Origin: Lama guanicoe
Lineage: Eukaryota
Length of the DNA stretch: 64,000 bases
NCBI GenBank assembly: GCA_013239625.1
Contig: MU053881.1
Coordinates: 2,356,001 to 2,420,000 of the forward strand
Direction: 5' to 3'
In this document: positions 11,883 to 24,300 of the stretch, one piece after another
Position numbering within the stretch: position 1 is the stretch's first letter
Layout of the letters: each line of letters starts with the position of its first letter
Notes under the pieces: model-generated
Seen by the model: the letters and a program-made list of their open reading frames with translations, nothing else
The model's database searches: none
What the model was told of the DNA's origin: nothing
Position numbers and translations under genes: made by a program

Positions 11883-13384
11883 GGGGTGGGGGAAGGCAGG
11901 TAGTAAGTGGGTGGTAGTACCGGTGGGAAGATGGAAGAGTGTGTAAACCCCAGGTGGAACGGCTGCTGATGCCGTATGTACAAGGAAGTCAGGAATATGA
12001 ACTCTTCAGTTTCAAAAGCCCTGCACGATTGAGGTTGTGGGAGGGCTCTTCAACTTAATGAAAATTAACTGATACCTATTTCATGTTAGACCTAGAACTA
12101 GGCCCTGGGGCTTCAAAGATGAATATGGGCTTCTTGGGGGGCCGTAGTATAGTGGGGGAAAACAAATACACAAACAGATAAAGCCTTTAATAGACTTGTA
12201 GTCAATGCGATGATACAAGGAAATCAAGGCACTATGGGATCAATAGTTTTGCTACTGCTGGGCTGGTATCAGGGCCAGGAGGAGCTTGTCAGGGAAGGCT
12301 CCCAGCATTGATGGCTGAGGTATAATTTAAAGGATGAGGAAAAGTTAGGTGAAAAGACTGGAGAGGACAAAGGGGGAGCCATTCCAGACAAATCAGCATG
12401 AACGAAAACCTAACAGTAAGAAGGAGCGTGATGGGTGTAGAAGAAGCTACAAGGCTCATCGGAGCAGAAGGGCATAGCGGGAACGATGGGACGCTTCCTG
12501 GGGCCTGAGGGCCTGTATGCCTGGCTGTGGGGCACTGTGAGCTGTGAGAAGCAAACTTGTGAGCAGCTCCAAGCAGGGAGGGCCTGACTCCCATCCTAGC
12601 CACAGTACCAGGCTACAGCCCACTTTTCCTCCAGCCGACCACCTCTCCCCGTCCCGTAGTTCCTGCTGGACAGCTGGAGATAGGCACTGAGGGCTATGGG
12701 GGAGCATGGTCAGAACTCGTCCTTCCCCTTGTTAGTCAGTGGTCATCTGGTGTCTGAGGAGAACTGCTGACCCCTACTGTGCCTCTGCTGCAGTTAGGGC
12801 TGTCATAGCGGTTCACAGACCTCTTCCCTCAGTGGGCCCTGATCCAGACCTTCCCTGATACTGCCAAGGATGCCGGGACCCCTTCTCCTGGGGAAATGGA
12901 CACAGGAGTTCAGAAACATGGATGAAGAGCCCCAGCATTGCTTGTCAGGAGGGTATCCTCACCCTGGCTCAGGAGGCTGCAAACTGTCAGCATGAATCAC
13001 AGCGGGGCCTTTCAGTTCCATAATCTCTCCCAGCTGAACAGTTGAGAGAGAGGAGCCCCAGGCCAGGCAGGACACTATGCTGTAGATGATGGCTACTCTG
13101 TCCTGCCCACCCCCACTCCCAACTTCCCTGCCTTTCAGAGCCCATATGCCTGATTGGTAACCAGTGAACTGTGCAGCAGGGCTGATGCCTGGCATGTTTC
13201 CAGACCCAGTCATGCCAGCACTGAAGGTAGCTATCGTCCCTGGTCTCCATCCTGGTGTCATGTGGAGGCCAAGTACTGTTCATGGTTAATGGTGGGGTTA
13301 GTGCTGATGAGGTAGCCTCAAGTTTTAGAGTGCTCACCAATTTCCCTGAAGTGAAAACTGGAGTATGTCTAGTCTTCTACCATG

Positions 13385-13713
13385 GTGGGTATCAGACCAT
13401 TTGGGCTGCTATTTAAGAAAAAATGCCACAGACTGAGTGGCTTATAAACAACAGAAACATGTTTCTCACAGTTCTGGAGGCTGGATGGTCAGGGTGCCAG
13501 CATGGTCAGATGAAGTCTCTTCTAGGCTGCAGCCTGCCAACTTGTGTTCCCATGTGGCAGAAGAGGCAAGGGAACTCTGGAGCCGTTCATTAGGGCTCTG
13601 CTCTTGTGACCTGATCACCGCTGAAGGACCCCACTTCTCAACACTGTCACCTTGGGCACCTTTCAACATAAGGATTAGACGGGGAAGGACAACACAAATA
13701 TTTAGACCATAGC
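13385..13713 (-). mobile_element. MLT1A-like MaLR LTR
   Basis: gggctgctat...ccacagactgagtggcttataaacaacagaaac...tttctcacagttctggaggctgga...cacaaatatttagaccatagca. Confidence 0.8.
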
Positions 13714-14329
13714 AGTGGGCACAGTGATACCCCAAGGTTCTGTGCATCTAAGAAGACTAGTTCAGGGAAAACCAGCTTGGTGGCCAACAGTTCCACTGCA
13801 GCCTGAGACTCCTCTTCCCCTTCCGGTAGAGAAGCCCCATGGTGTGAACCTACCCCCGAACCTTGGCCTGCAGACTAAAGGCCAGGCTCCGCAGTCTGGC
13901 TGCTGCCCCTCCCGCCATATAGTCTCCCCTACACGTATCCTCTGGAGGCCCCTTGGGGTCGCCACCCATTCCATGAAGGTGCCTTGTGCTTCGTGACCCT
14001 CTACATGCTCTTTTCTTGGTCAAGGACCGCTCTGCTGGCATACCGTCACCCTTCCTTCAGGGCTCAGCTTCCTCAGCTTTCCCTGCCCACTCGAGGGCAG
14101 AGTCAGCCCTTTCCTCTTGTGCTCCCACGCTGCCTCTTGTTCATCTAGTAAGTCCTTCTGCATTTTGGGAAATTGTCCATTGGACTGCATATTTCTCAGG
14201 CTAGGCTCTTCCAGCTTCTTTCTAAGGGTGAGCCATCACCTCAAAACTCAAGACTGAGTGTTTGTAAAATAGACAATGCTCCCAGCATTGCAGAGGAGAT
14301 ATCCCAGGGTCCTTGACCCAGTTCAGAAC

Positions 14330-14500
14330 TCCCAACTTCCTGCAGTCATCTTGCTTAAGTTTGCATCACGGCCCTGCCTAACCCGGCCTCCTCTTAGGGC
14401 AGACTCAGAGGGAAGTGCATCTTCCTGAATTAGCTGATGCCCAGTAAGAGGGTGGGGCTTGGGGACAGTATAACTCAGATCGCTCATGAGTTTCAGTTCT
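14330..14500 (+). promoter_or_regulatory. Probable HK3 promoter (ETS/PU.1, C/EBP-ATF, CACCC/GC box)
   Basis: ACTTCCTG 14335-14342, TTGCATCA 14361-14368, GAGGGAAGTG 14408-14417, GGGTGGGGC about 14450-14458, just upstream of a strong donor; HK3 is a known myeloid PU.1/CEBPA target. Confidence 0.55.
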
Positions 14501-14584
14501 GAGTGCAAACCAGGTCAGTGGGATGCCTCATATCAAGAGAAGAGCCCAGGTCTGAAGAGGGTGATCAGCTGCTGCTTCTTCCAG
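14500..14584 (+). other. HK3: Probable HK3 non-coding exon 1 (start approximate)
   Basis: Strong donor CCAG|gtaaga after 14584; the ATG-containing exon has an acceptor at 18205/18206, so an upstream non-coding exon is required. Confidence 0.6.
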
Positions 14585-15543
14585 GTAAGAACCTCATCTA
14601 ATTCCTGCCTCAGGTCCAGCCCCTCGCCCTCATCTCTCCTGTTTAGTCCAACGTAGATGAGTTGAGCCTGGAAAGACTAAGCTGGCTGGACCTCCAAGGT
14701 GGTTCCCATCGTCAGCAGAGGCCCCTGGGACACCTTCCAGAAGGGAGGCTCGTTCTGTGTAGCTGGTTCAGCTGAATTAAGCCAAGAGGCCCACAGTTAT
14801 TCAAACACGTATAGATCCTGGGCTGCGTTCTGGAGGTTTAGTGATATGGGAGACAGGTCCCCCTCTGCAGGGATTCTCAGCTGGAAGAGACAGACATAAA
14901 TACTGGAGCTACCTGGGGAAGTTTCACGGTCTCTGGCATGTTGGAAGTGCTGAATAAATGTCAGAATAGAAGAGGGAATGAGTAAGAGAGTGAATGAATG
15001 ATTGAGCCAGTGGGGCCTCGAAAGGAGAGTGAAATCTCACCACATAAGCAGCCCTTGGCCCTTTTCAAAGGTAACTGCCTTGGTTACCCCATTTTATCCT
15101 CAAAGCAGACCTGTAACACATGGAACATATGTTTGACAGATTTGGAAACTGAGTGTAGGTATTATGTGACATTGGGGAGATTTATTGGAAACTGATTTCT
15201 TGGTTCTCTGAATAAGAAAAAACTCCCCATAACCCCTACATACGCCAAGCCCTGTGCTGGGCATTGAAGAAGCAGCGATGACTCAGACATGACAGTTCCG
15301 GGGAAGGCTTGTGAGCAAAGGGTGGCCAGCAGAGTGAAGCTCATAGTCAGTGTGGCTGGAGTATGAAGGGGGGTAGCAAGAGGGGAAGCGTGTGTTGAGG
15401 ACAGTGTGAGGGGCCTGCAATGCCACAATAAAGAATTTTGGACTTTCCTTTTCTGCAATAGGAGCTATCACAATGTGAAGGTTTACTTCCTTTCTTAGTG
15501 GAGATAGAGCTGGGGAATGACATGATAAAATCTATTTTTGCAC

Positions 15544-15915
15544 AGTCACTCTGGTAACGTGTTGGGCATTGGTGGGATGGGAAGGTGGACAGAAGGGAGC
15601 AAGAGTATTAATTAGGAAGGGATTGAACCCAGGACCTCCCACATGCTGAGCACTTACTCTACCACTGAGCTATACCCCCCCAAGTCATGGTCTTTTAAAA
15701 TGTTTCAGAATCTCATCTTGCAACACTATTTTAGTCACTCTGGTAACGTGTTGGGCATTGGTGGGATGGGAAGGTGGACAGAAGGGAGCAAGAGTATTAA
15801 TTAGGAAGGGATTGAACCCAGGACCTCCCACATGCTGAGCACTTAACCTACCACTGAGCTATACCCCCCCCCAAGTCATGGTCTTTTAAAATGTTTCAGA
15901 ATCTCATCTTGCAAC
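15544..15915. repeat. Near-perfect direct tandem duplication (15544-15724, 15733-15915), each copy with a truncated vic-1-like SINE head
   Basis: Copies read identical except acttactctacc vs acttaacctacc and C-run length; 8-nt spacer actatttt. Confidence 0.92.
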
Positions 15916-16279
15916 CAAAGGCATGGAAGAGAGTAACTTCCAGTGCAGACCGGTTTCTCCAGACCACTTTGTGATCAATGGATTCTGACAATGGGATGGG
16001 GGGTGTTGGCTCTGAACTCCACGGATGCTTGTCCTTTGTCTTTTGTCTTTTGTCTTTTTGCCTTTGGGCGAAAAGGCAGCCGGAGAAGTGGGGAAGCGAT
16101 ACCCGGAGCTTGTGGCAGGAAGGTGGCATATAAACTCTGATGTTTCCTACCAAACATAAACATCTCTTGTGGGATATGTATTGTTTGATTGAAGTATTAC
16201 TCACGAAACAAACAAACAAAAGAGTATCAATTAAGAGACTGTTGGAATAATCAGATGAGCGGAAGGTCCAGGGCAGAGG

Positions 16280-17000
16280 CTGTGGGAACCAGGAGGTGGG
16301 GACACACAGGAGAGCTCTTCCCGCTCTATGCTCTTTCAGCCTGAGAACAGATTGCACAGAGGAGTTGAGGGTCATGGATGTATACAAGCAACATGAATGT
16401 CTCCAGGAAAAGAGTTTCATGGGGAAAAGTGAAGGAGGAAAATGAATGTGGCTTTGACCATTGAGTTTGAGGAGCCCTTTCCAGCATCCAGAGATGCTAA
16501 CAGACCATAGGAGTTTGGGATTTGGCTCAGGACAGGTAGATTTGGGAGCCTTCACACAGGTTTTAATCAAACTTTGGGGATGAGTGAGATTAAGAGGGAG
16601 TGTGGAGAAGGTAACTATTTTCCGTAACTTGGGAGCCCCACTGTTTAAGAGGAGAGGAGTTTTTGATGAAGACTGTGAGAGACTCAGGAAGGAGGCCCAG
16701 GAGAGACTGACTCTCAAAGCCAAGGGACGAGAATTTTGCAGTGAAGAGAATACGCATGGCTTTGCACGCCTGACAGAGGACAGGAAGGGTTGGGACTAAG
16801 GAAAAGGCTAGGATTGGGCAGCTAGGAGATCACAGATGACCATGGGGAGGGCAAATTCATGGGCATGGTGGGAGTAGGAGGTGGGGAGAGGTTGCATAAG
16901 CGGGAAGGTAACTTTCTCAAAGTTTTGCTGCAGTAGGAGGAGAGGGGATATAATTCAGTAGCCAGATGCCTTCCACCCATCGTGGGCCCGTGACTGCATT
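16280..17000 (-). mobile_element. L2 LINE remnant
   Basis: Purine-rich degenerate sequence typical of antisense L2; boundaries approximate. Confidence 0.5.
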
Positions 17001-17499
17001 TCCCTTTTCTTCCACCCACGAAGGGCACCTGAATCATCGAAGGCTCTCTTGAGAATTTCCTGGAACAGCAATACCACCTCTAGCTTGAGTGAGCAAAATC
17101 CCCGACATTTCTACAGTCCTTTACAGTGTGCGGAGGACTTTCAGAACCATTAACTTCCTTAGTTTGCACAACTGAACTTTTGTCCTGTTACAGAAGAGGA
17201 AATTGAGGCTCCTAGAATTTCATTTCAGAACCAGCTACATAAATCTGAAGGCACATTCTGAGCAAGGGTCTTTGCTCTCATTATCTCATTTGCTCCACAC
17301 AGCCCTTTGACATATGTGTGTCCCCATTTTGCAAATGAAAAAAAGTAGGCCTGAGATTGAGAGGCCTGGTATGGTTCCTTTGTGGGGAGCTGGGTCCTCA
17401 ACGCTGAGCACAGGGCTCTTTCAGCTCAGCATCACCTCACTTTCTAAAACCCACCCTGACGTTTGTGTTGCACATTACAGTTCCCAAGGCATTTTCCTT

Positions 17500-17625
17500 G
17501 GTGTGGCTCCATTTAATTCTCATGACAACCTTGTGACAGTAGGCATTATTTTCTCCTGCTTTTTGCAGATGAAGAAACTGAAATGCAAAGAAGTCATAAA
17601 TGATTTGCCCAAAGTCATGGCACCA
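17500..17625 (-). mobile_element. MIR SINE
   Basis: catttaattctcatgacaaccttgtgacagtagg...ttttgcagatgaagaaactgaa...gatttgcccaaagtca. Confidence 0.7.
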
Positions 17626-18231
17626 CTGAAACCTTTTCTGAAGCACAGATCCGCTCCTGTCCACATCTCTCTTCAGCATGAAATTCACACACCTTAACTT
17701 GGCATAAGTGTGCCAAGCCAGCCTGCCTGCTTCTCCAGGAGGTCTTTGGTTCCTCCTTACCTCACACCCTTTGCTCCAAACCTCCAGCACATTCCCAAAC
17801 CCACAAGTGCAGCAGCAAGTCCATCTCTTATCACTGCCTGTGTCAACCATACTATGATCACTGGTAAAGCTGTGAGGTGTCTGAGGTGGGGCCCAGTCTG
17901 CTCCGTCTGTACCCCAGCATCTGGCATGGTAGGGATCAGGGACTGGTAAATGTGAGTGAGCAACAGGATGAATGAATGGCATTGGGATTAGAGATCAGTC
18001 TTCCCTGTGCTCTCTTGTCCATGCTCTGGAAAATGAGGGCCTTCTGGTTATTTACTAAAGGGTCTTCGATGGTCAGAGATTCTGAGCTCTGCCCACATCC
18101 TCCTGGTCCCCTTCAGAAGCGAGAAAGCTAAGGGTCTGCATCACGGCCTCCAAGAGCCTGCCTGCAGAGTACCGGTTCACCCAGGCTGTCCGTTTCCTCC
18201 CATAGGCGGCCACCCCACACCGTGGAACCAC

Positions 18232-18327
18232 ATGGACTCCGTGGGGCCTCTAGGGTTGCAGCAAGGGGATGGAGCTCCCGGCTGCCCCCAGGAAGCCTTG
18301 CCCTGCCCCTCAAACAGCTCTGAGCTG
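18232..18327 (+). CDS. HK3: HK3 exon 2 coding part (exon starts 18206)
   Basis: catag| acceptor; ATG at 18232; GAG CTG|gtaagt. Confidence 0.93.
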
Positions 18328-21300
18328 GTAAGTTCAGCACTGGGTTCCTGTTCTCATGCCTATTCAAGGCTGTCAAGAGCAGGAGCCGCTGAAGGTGCCG
18401 TAGGGCCATGGGCTCCCACCCAGGCAGCCCTTTCCAGCTTACTGAGTCTTTCACATTTGATCTAGTAGCTTTCTCTTCCAGGCTCCGCACCACTGCAAGG
18501 TGGGGGTTATCTCCTCATTTTACAGCCGAGGAAGAGGGGGCTTAGGCAGGAGTCATGCCTTGAGTTTAAGGCATGGCAGGAGCTTGAGCCGAGGTGTTTC
18601 AGGTCCAAATGTTTTTTGCTGCCTTGCCACACAGGCACCGGCCCTGCCCAGGATGGGTTGTCTCAGTCTAGAAAGGACCCTCCTGGGGTTTTATGGCAGA
18701 AAGCTGGGTTAAGGCCCTTCCCTTCCCCACTTCTCTAGTCACTCCCGCACGTCTCTCTCGCCACAACACGGCCACTGTGGTCAGGCACACAGAGGATTTT
18801 AGTGCAGAACTCAACTTGGAGGTTATTGGGCAGTAGGTCCATGTGCCTGCCTCAGGTTAACTCAGGGTGAGTTTCTCTTTTTTTCTGTTATCTTGACCAA
18901 GATTTAGATGCCCTTGCCTACCACACCCTTTAGCAGGAAACACTTGGGTAAGTCATTTCGTATCTCTGTTTCCTCATCAGTGAAATGGAGGAAAATAAAG
19001 TCTAATCCTTCCACCCCCAGCAGGGTTAAGGGAGCTAATGGGGACACTGCGCAAAGGAGGCATCCATGGAAGGGTCCTCAGATTGTTCCCTGCAGTTTCT
19101 TTACTTTCCAGTCCATTCTGACATCTGCTGGACTTGGCTTGTTGCCCAAACTGGGGGGTGAGGGGGGCATCGCCCTCACTGCATGTCACGCTCCCACTTT
19201 ACACTTGTCTAACCCCTGCGCCAGACCCTGCTGTAAACACGTCCTCTGTGCACGGCCTCCAGCTGGGCCACAGGAGGGAGCACCGGCTGGGCCGTGGGGC
19301 TGGCCCTGCCAGGGCTTGCTCTGGGGCCTGCCACCATCTCCTCTCTCACTTTGCTCCCTCCCTCCTGAGACTCCCATGGGGGTCCCACACCCACCCTGTT
19401 AGCTCCATTGAACACCCCTGCCATTTAAAGACAATTCCCTTTGGCTTTGGGGGAACTTCACAGGAACATCAGATTTCCTGTGGCCTCAGCACTGTTGGCC
19501 TCACCCTTAGCTCCCTCTCCCACGATGATCTGAGGAGAAGATTAGTTAACCACGTGTGGTCAGAGCCCAGACCTGTCTGAGTCCTGGCCCAATCCTTTCC
19601 CTCAGGACTGTTTTTGTCACCAGGGTGGGGCATGGAATCCGGCTCTCCAGGCTGCTAGTGCACTTGTGCGCTGAGGAAAGGGGACCCACGTTCCCCTGAG
19701 CACGCCCACACTGAGCATGGCCACTGAGCATGGCCGGCCACAGTCCCACCCCTTCACATCTGCTGTCTGCTCGGTCCTTACAACAATTCTGAGAAGTGGG
19801 TGCTGATTTTGTTCTGGTGGACAGAGGACAAACCCTGTTCAGAGAGGTGAGGGGATGGGCCCAGACCAACCCACACAGCAGGGTCGTCCTCCTGTCTTTC
19901 CTGAGGCTTCTGCCACCTCCTAGTCACTCCTCATGCACCTCTCACTGCACCCAGGACGAAAAGGAGGAACATTAATCTGCTCTAGCCATTGACTTCTCCA
20001 TACCCCTGCGGTTGTCATTGAGCAATAATAAAGCATCCCTCACATCTGAACAGCACTCTACCCTTTCACATACATTATCCCCTTTAATTCTTGAGCCACA
20101 GCAGCCACTCAATCAGCATATCCTTCCTGCGGGCTTGCCGCAAGCCAGCCACTCCCTGAGATACAAGACTTGGCCCCTGCGGCCTTTTGAGTATTATTAT
20201 TCTCTTGGTGTTGCATAGGGGGTGATATTATCATGTCAGAAAGAAGTTTAACTTGCCCAGGGCCACATAGCCAAGAAGTGGCAAGGCAAGATCTCAGATG
20301 TAAATGCTCTCATCCCAAGTCCTGTGGGGTTTCTTTGCTGCAACCCTCATCAGAGCTTTGGGTTCCTTTCAGGTGAAATTGTTAATTTTTGTAAGGCTTC
20401 ACGTTTATGTGGAAACACCTTTGCAGTCGGACAGATCTGGTTCCAGGTCCCACCCTGCCCCTTAATAGCTGCTTGGATTAGGCAGATGACTGTCCCTCTC
20501 TGAGCCTCGCTTTCCTCATTGGTGACATAGGAATAACCCCTCCTAGCGTGCATGGCTACTGGGAGCCACCTGCTGTAACGGGGATACGGAATGGAACATC
20601 TGGCACTCCACTTAGGATCATTTGCCTCCTTAGGGGTCTGTTTCCCATCCTCTTCCTAAAGCAGGGGTGAGACTGAGTCACCCCCATCTCCCCCAGTTGG
20701 CAGCCCCTCCTCCCTGGCTCTCCTTGCCTTGTTATCTAGGTGCCCGAGTGATTACAAATATGGGCCCAGTGTAGGACAGTGGGTTATAGGGATGGAATTC
20801 CTTTGAGACAGGCAGTGGGGGCCTGGTAAAGGCTGTCTGGGAGAATGGGGTCCGGGGTGGGACCTTCCAACGAACCCAGGGAGGCTGCTGGGGCCTCTTT
20901 GAAGGATAGGCCAGAGGGTTGAACAGGGGAGATTTCCACATAGACATGAGATCTTGGAGCTTTTCTTAAGCTTCCCAACAACAGGCTTCTGGTGGAGAAG
21001 AACCTGGGGTGTCCCATCTGCTGCCTTCCGTGCCTGCCCCCCTCTCCCTTCACTCTGAGCCACCCCTGGCCCAGCCTTTCCCCAAATCCATCCGCTCTGA
21101 AGAAAATCCCTTTGTGCTCTTCCCCCAGATCTTCAAATGGCTCGTTCTTGTCCTTCATTTAGATTACCTCTGCAGGGAGACCTTCCCCAACCAACATCCA
21201 AAAATACCTCTTCCTCCCCTGGTCATCCCCGAGCTTCTATTTCTGCCTTTCCTCCCTTCCGTTACTCCCAGAGCCATATTATATATTTCTGTGCTTGTTT

Positions 21301-24300
21301 CCTGCCTCCCCCTCCACCCCAGCTGGAATCTCAGCTCCACAGGAGCAGACTTGGCTGGTTGTGCAGGTATGGTGCTTAGAGTAGTGCGGGGTGCATATGA
21401 GGGGCTCACTCAATGCCTATGGCAAGGATGGCTGACTGGTGGGAGGACTGTCCTCCATGGTGCGGCCCCCCCTCAGCTCTCCTGGGCTGGGCTTGCTCAG
21501 GCTCCAGAGTTGACTGGACTGAGAGAGGGACACACCTGAACTTGAAGTTCATCCATGCGTTTGTCCATTCATTTGCTCATCCAACAATAATTCACTGAGC
21601 AGCTCGGCCCTGGGTTCTGGGAAGCCAGAGCAAATCAGTCATGGGGTGACAAGGCAGAGGCCTTGCCAATCCTGAATTCAAAGCAGTGGAGGGGGCAGGG
21701 GACCGATGGAGCTGAGAAGAAGCCATGAGGGAACGGAGCAGGAGGAAGAGGGAGGGTCTTCCCTCCAGAACAAAGCCTTCTGAGGATGTAGGAGCTGGTG
21801 CAAGCTGTGAGCAGCAAGAGAGCCAGGATGTGTGAAGAGGCGAGGGATGGGGATGAGCAGGCGCGGGGGAGATCAGCAAGGCTCACAGAGGGCTCAAGTG
21901 GGGCTCAGGCCAGCCCCTAGGGAAGCTGTGGGAGAGGTGCTTGTTTGGACTGGGGAAGGGAGGTCTGAGCCGGGCCAGGCTGGCCTCTGTCCTGGTTGGA
22001 GTTGAGGAACTTGGCTAGGCCAGCAGGGCTCCCACCCAGCTGTTGGCTTATTTCTCCTCAGGTGCAGGAGTGCCTGCGGCAGTTCAAGGTGACAGGGGCA
22101 CAGCTGCGGCAGATCCAAGCCAGCCTCCTGGACTCCATGGAGCAGGCGCTGAGCGGGCAGGCCAACCCTGCCCCTACTGTCCGGATGCTGCCCACATATG
22201 TGGGGTCTGTCCCGCATGGCACTGGTGGGTGGCATAGACGGAGACGAGTGGCCAGGCCTGCAGAGAGGGCTCTGATCTGGGGGAGGGGGAAGCTCCTCAT
22301 CCCTGTCCCCATCTCTGTGGTCCCTTGACGAGATTTTTTGGGCCTTGGGAATATTTCTGGGAGGCAGAGGGCTCGGTCTCATCAGCTGCATGCCTTTCTG
22401 TGACCTGCCTGCCCCCAGAGCAAGGAGACTTCGTGGTGCTGGAGCTGGGGGCCATAGGAGCCTCACTGCGTGTTCTATGGGTGACCCTGATGGGCACTGA
22501 AGGGCACAGGATGGAGCCCCAGAGCCGGGAGTTTGTGATCCCCCAAGAGGTGATGGTGGGTCCTGGTCAGCAGGTGAGTGTTCACTACCCAGACTTCGGG
22601 CTTTGCTGGGCAGCCTGGGCTCCAGTGGGCAGAGCTAAGCCCCTCACTGGTCCCACAGCTGTTTGACTTTGCCGCCCGCTGCCTGTCTGAGTTCCTGGAT
22701 GCGCTCCCTGTGGGCAATCAGGGTCTGCAGCTTGGGTTCAGCTTCTCCTTCCCTTGTCACCAGACAGGCCTGGACAAGGTGAGGTGTTGTGGTTGCAGGG
22801 ACAGTGGGTGGGCTGCAGCCCCACGAAGGCCGTTGGAGGATTGACCTGACTTTTCTGCCCCCAGAGCACACTCATTTCCTGGACCAAAGGTTTTAGGTGC
22901 AGTGGTGTGGAAGGCCAGGATGTGGTCCAGCTGCTGCGAGATGCTATCCAGAGGCAGGGGGTGAGTGGAGGCAGGGGCATTGGGAGGGCTGCCCATGTGG
23001 CCTGGACCTGGACCCGGCACATGCAGACTGTGCCGTGCTTCTGGGGGGGCCTGCTTTCCTCTCCTGTTTGTATCCTTTATCCAGTTTAACCCTCGGGTAA
23101 ATGCTGCTACCATTCTCATTTTGTAGGTAAGGAGACTGAGGCTAAGAAAGGTCAAATAAATGTTCAGGACCAATGCGGGGAAACAAAGACGAAAAGACTT
23201 GATCCTGTCCTCAAGGAACTGACAGTCTAGTGGGGAAAGCATTCCAATAAAAGGTTGTCCCTGTTGAGAAGGTGGTCCTGATGACTCTGGGAGCACAGGG
23301 AAGGGTGCACCACGACTTGAGCAGAGACTTGAAGGAAGAGGTTGCCAGGTGCATGAGCTGAGGCTGGGGAGGAAGGTCTCATTTCATAGAAGGGCACATG
23401 CAAAAGTCTGGATGCCTGAGAAAGGCCGATCTGGATCTGCTGTGTGAGTGGCTGGAAGTCAGGGCTGAGAGGAGCAGGCTTGGGGAGCCAGGCAAGGACC
23501 AGGGTGAGCGAGCAAGTTGCCTACAACACAGCCTGTAAGGTGCTGTGCTTGCTCACCCTCGTCCCGGTCCTGTGGGGAGCACTGGTGTTCTGGAAGTGAT
23601 GGCTGAGGCTGGGAACCCTGAGACCTCCGGGGCCTGAGTTAGGGGCCAAGGAGCCAAGAGGCAGGGGTGGGATGGGTGGGAGGGCCTAGAGCACATGTGA
23701 CACGAATGTGTGGGCCATGAGAACACGCATTTCATGGGCTCTGGGCGTGTCCCTCAAAACCAGGCCCCAGCCACTGCCCTCTCCATTGTCTAGGCCTACA
23801 GCATTGACGTGGTTGCCGTGGTGAATGACACAGTGGGCACCATGATGGGCTGTGAGCCGGGGGCTGGGCCCTGTGAAGTCGGGCTGGTTGTAGGTGAGCC
23901 ATGGGCATTTGTGATGGTGAGTGGGGCACCTGGCTGCCGGGTCTGCAGGCCCTGATGGTGTTGTCCCTTATAGACACTGGCACCAATGCGTGTTACATGG
24001 AGGAGGCCCGGCATGTGGCTGTGCTGGATGAGGACCGGGGCCGCGTCTGCATCAGCATCGAGTGGGGCTCCTTCAGTGATGATGGGGCCCTGGGGCCAGT
24101 GCTGACCACTTTTGACCACATCCTGGACCACGAGTCCCTGAATCCGGGTGCCCAGAGGTGGCCTGTCACTGCTTTGTTCCCTCCCTCTCCACTGTCCCTG
24201 TACTCCAGCCCTTAGGCCCCACCCTCTTGCTTGCCTCTGGGGTCTCTGGGTTGCATCCTGGGGGCCCCAGCCAGACTCAAGGAAGGAATGGCTCAAGGTT

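Noticed and set aside
15617..15680. tRNA-like A and B boxes (GTATAGCTCAGTGGTAGAG...GGTTCAATCCC on -)
   Set aside because: Head of the tRNA-derived SINE family seen elsewhere in the window; no complete cloverleaf or acceptor stem.
15896..16723. 275-aa - strand ORF in HK3 intron 1
   Set aside because: Runs through L2-like sequence and simple repeats; no ATG start and no recognisable protein.
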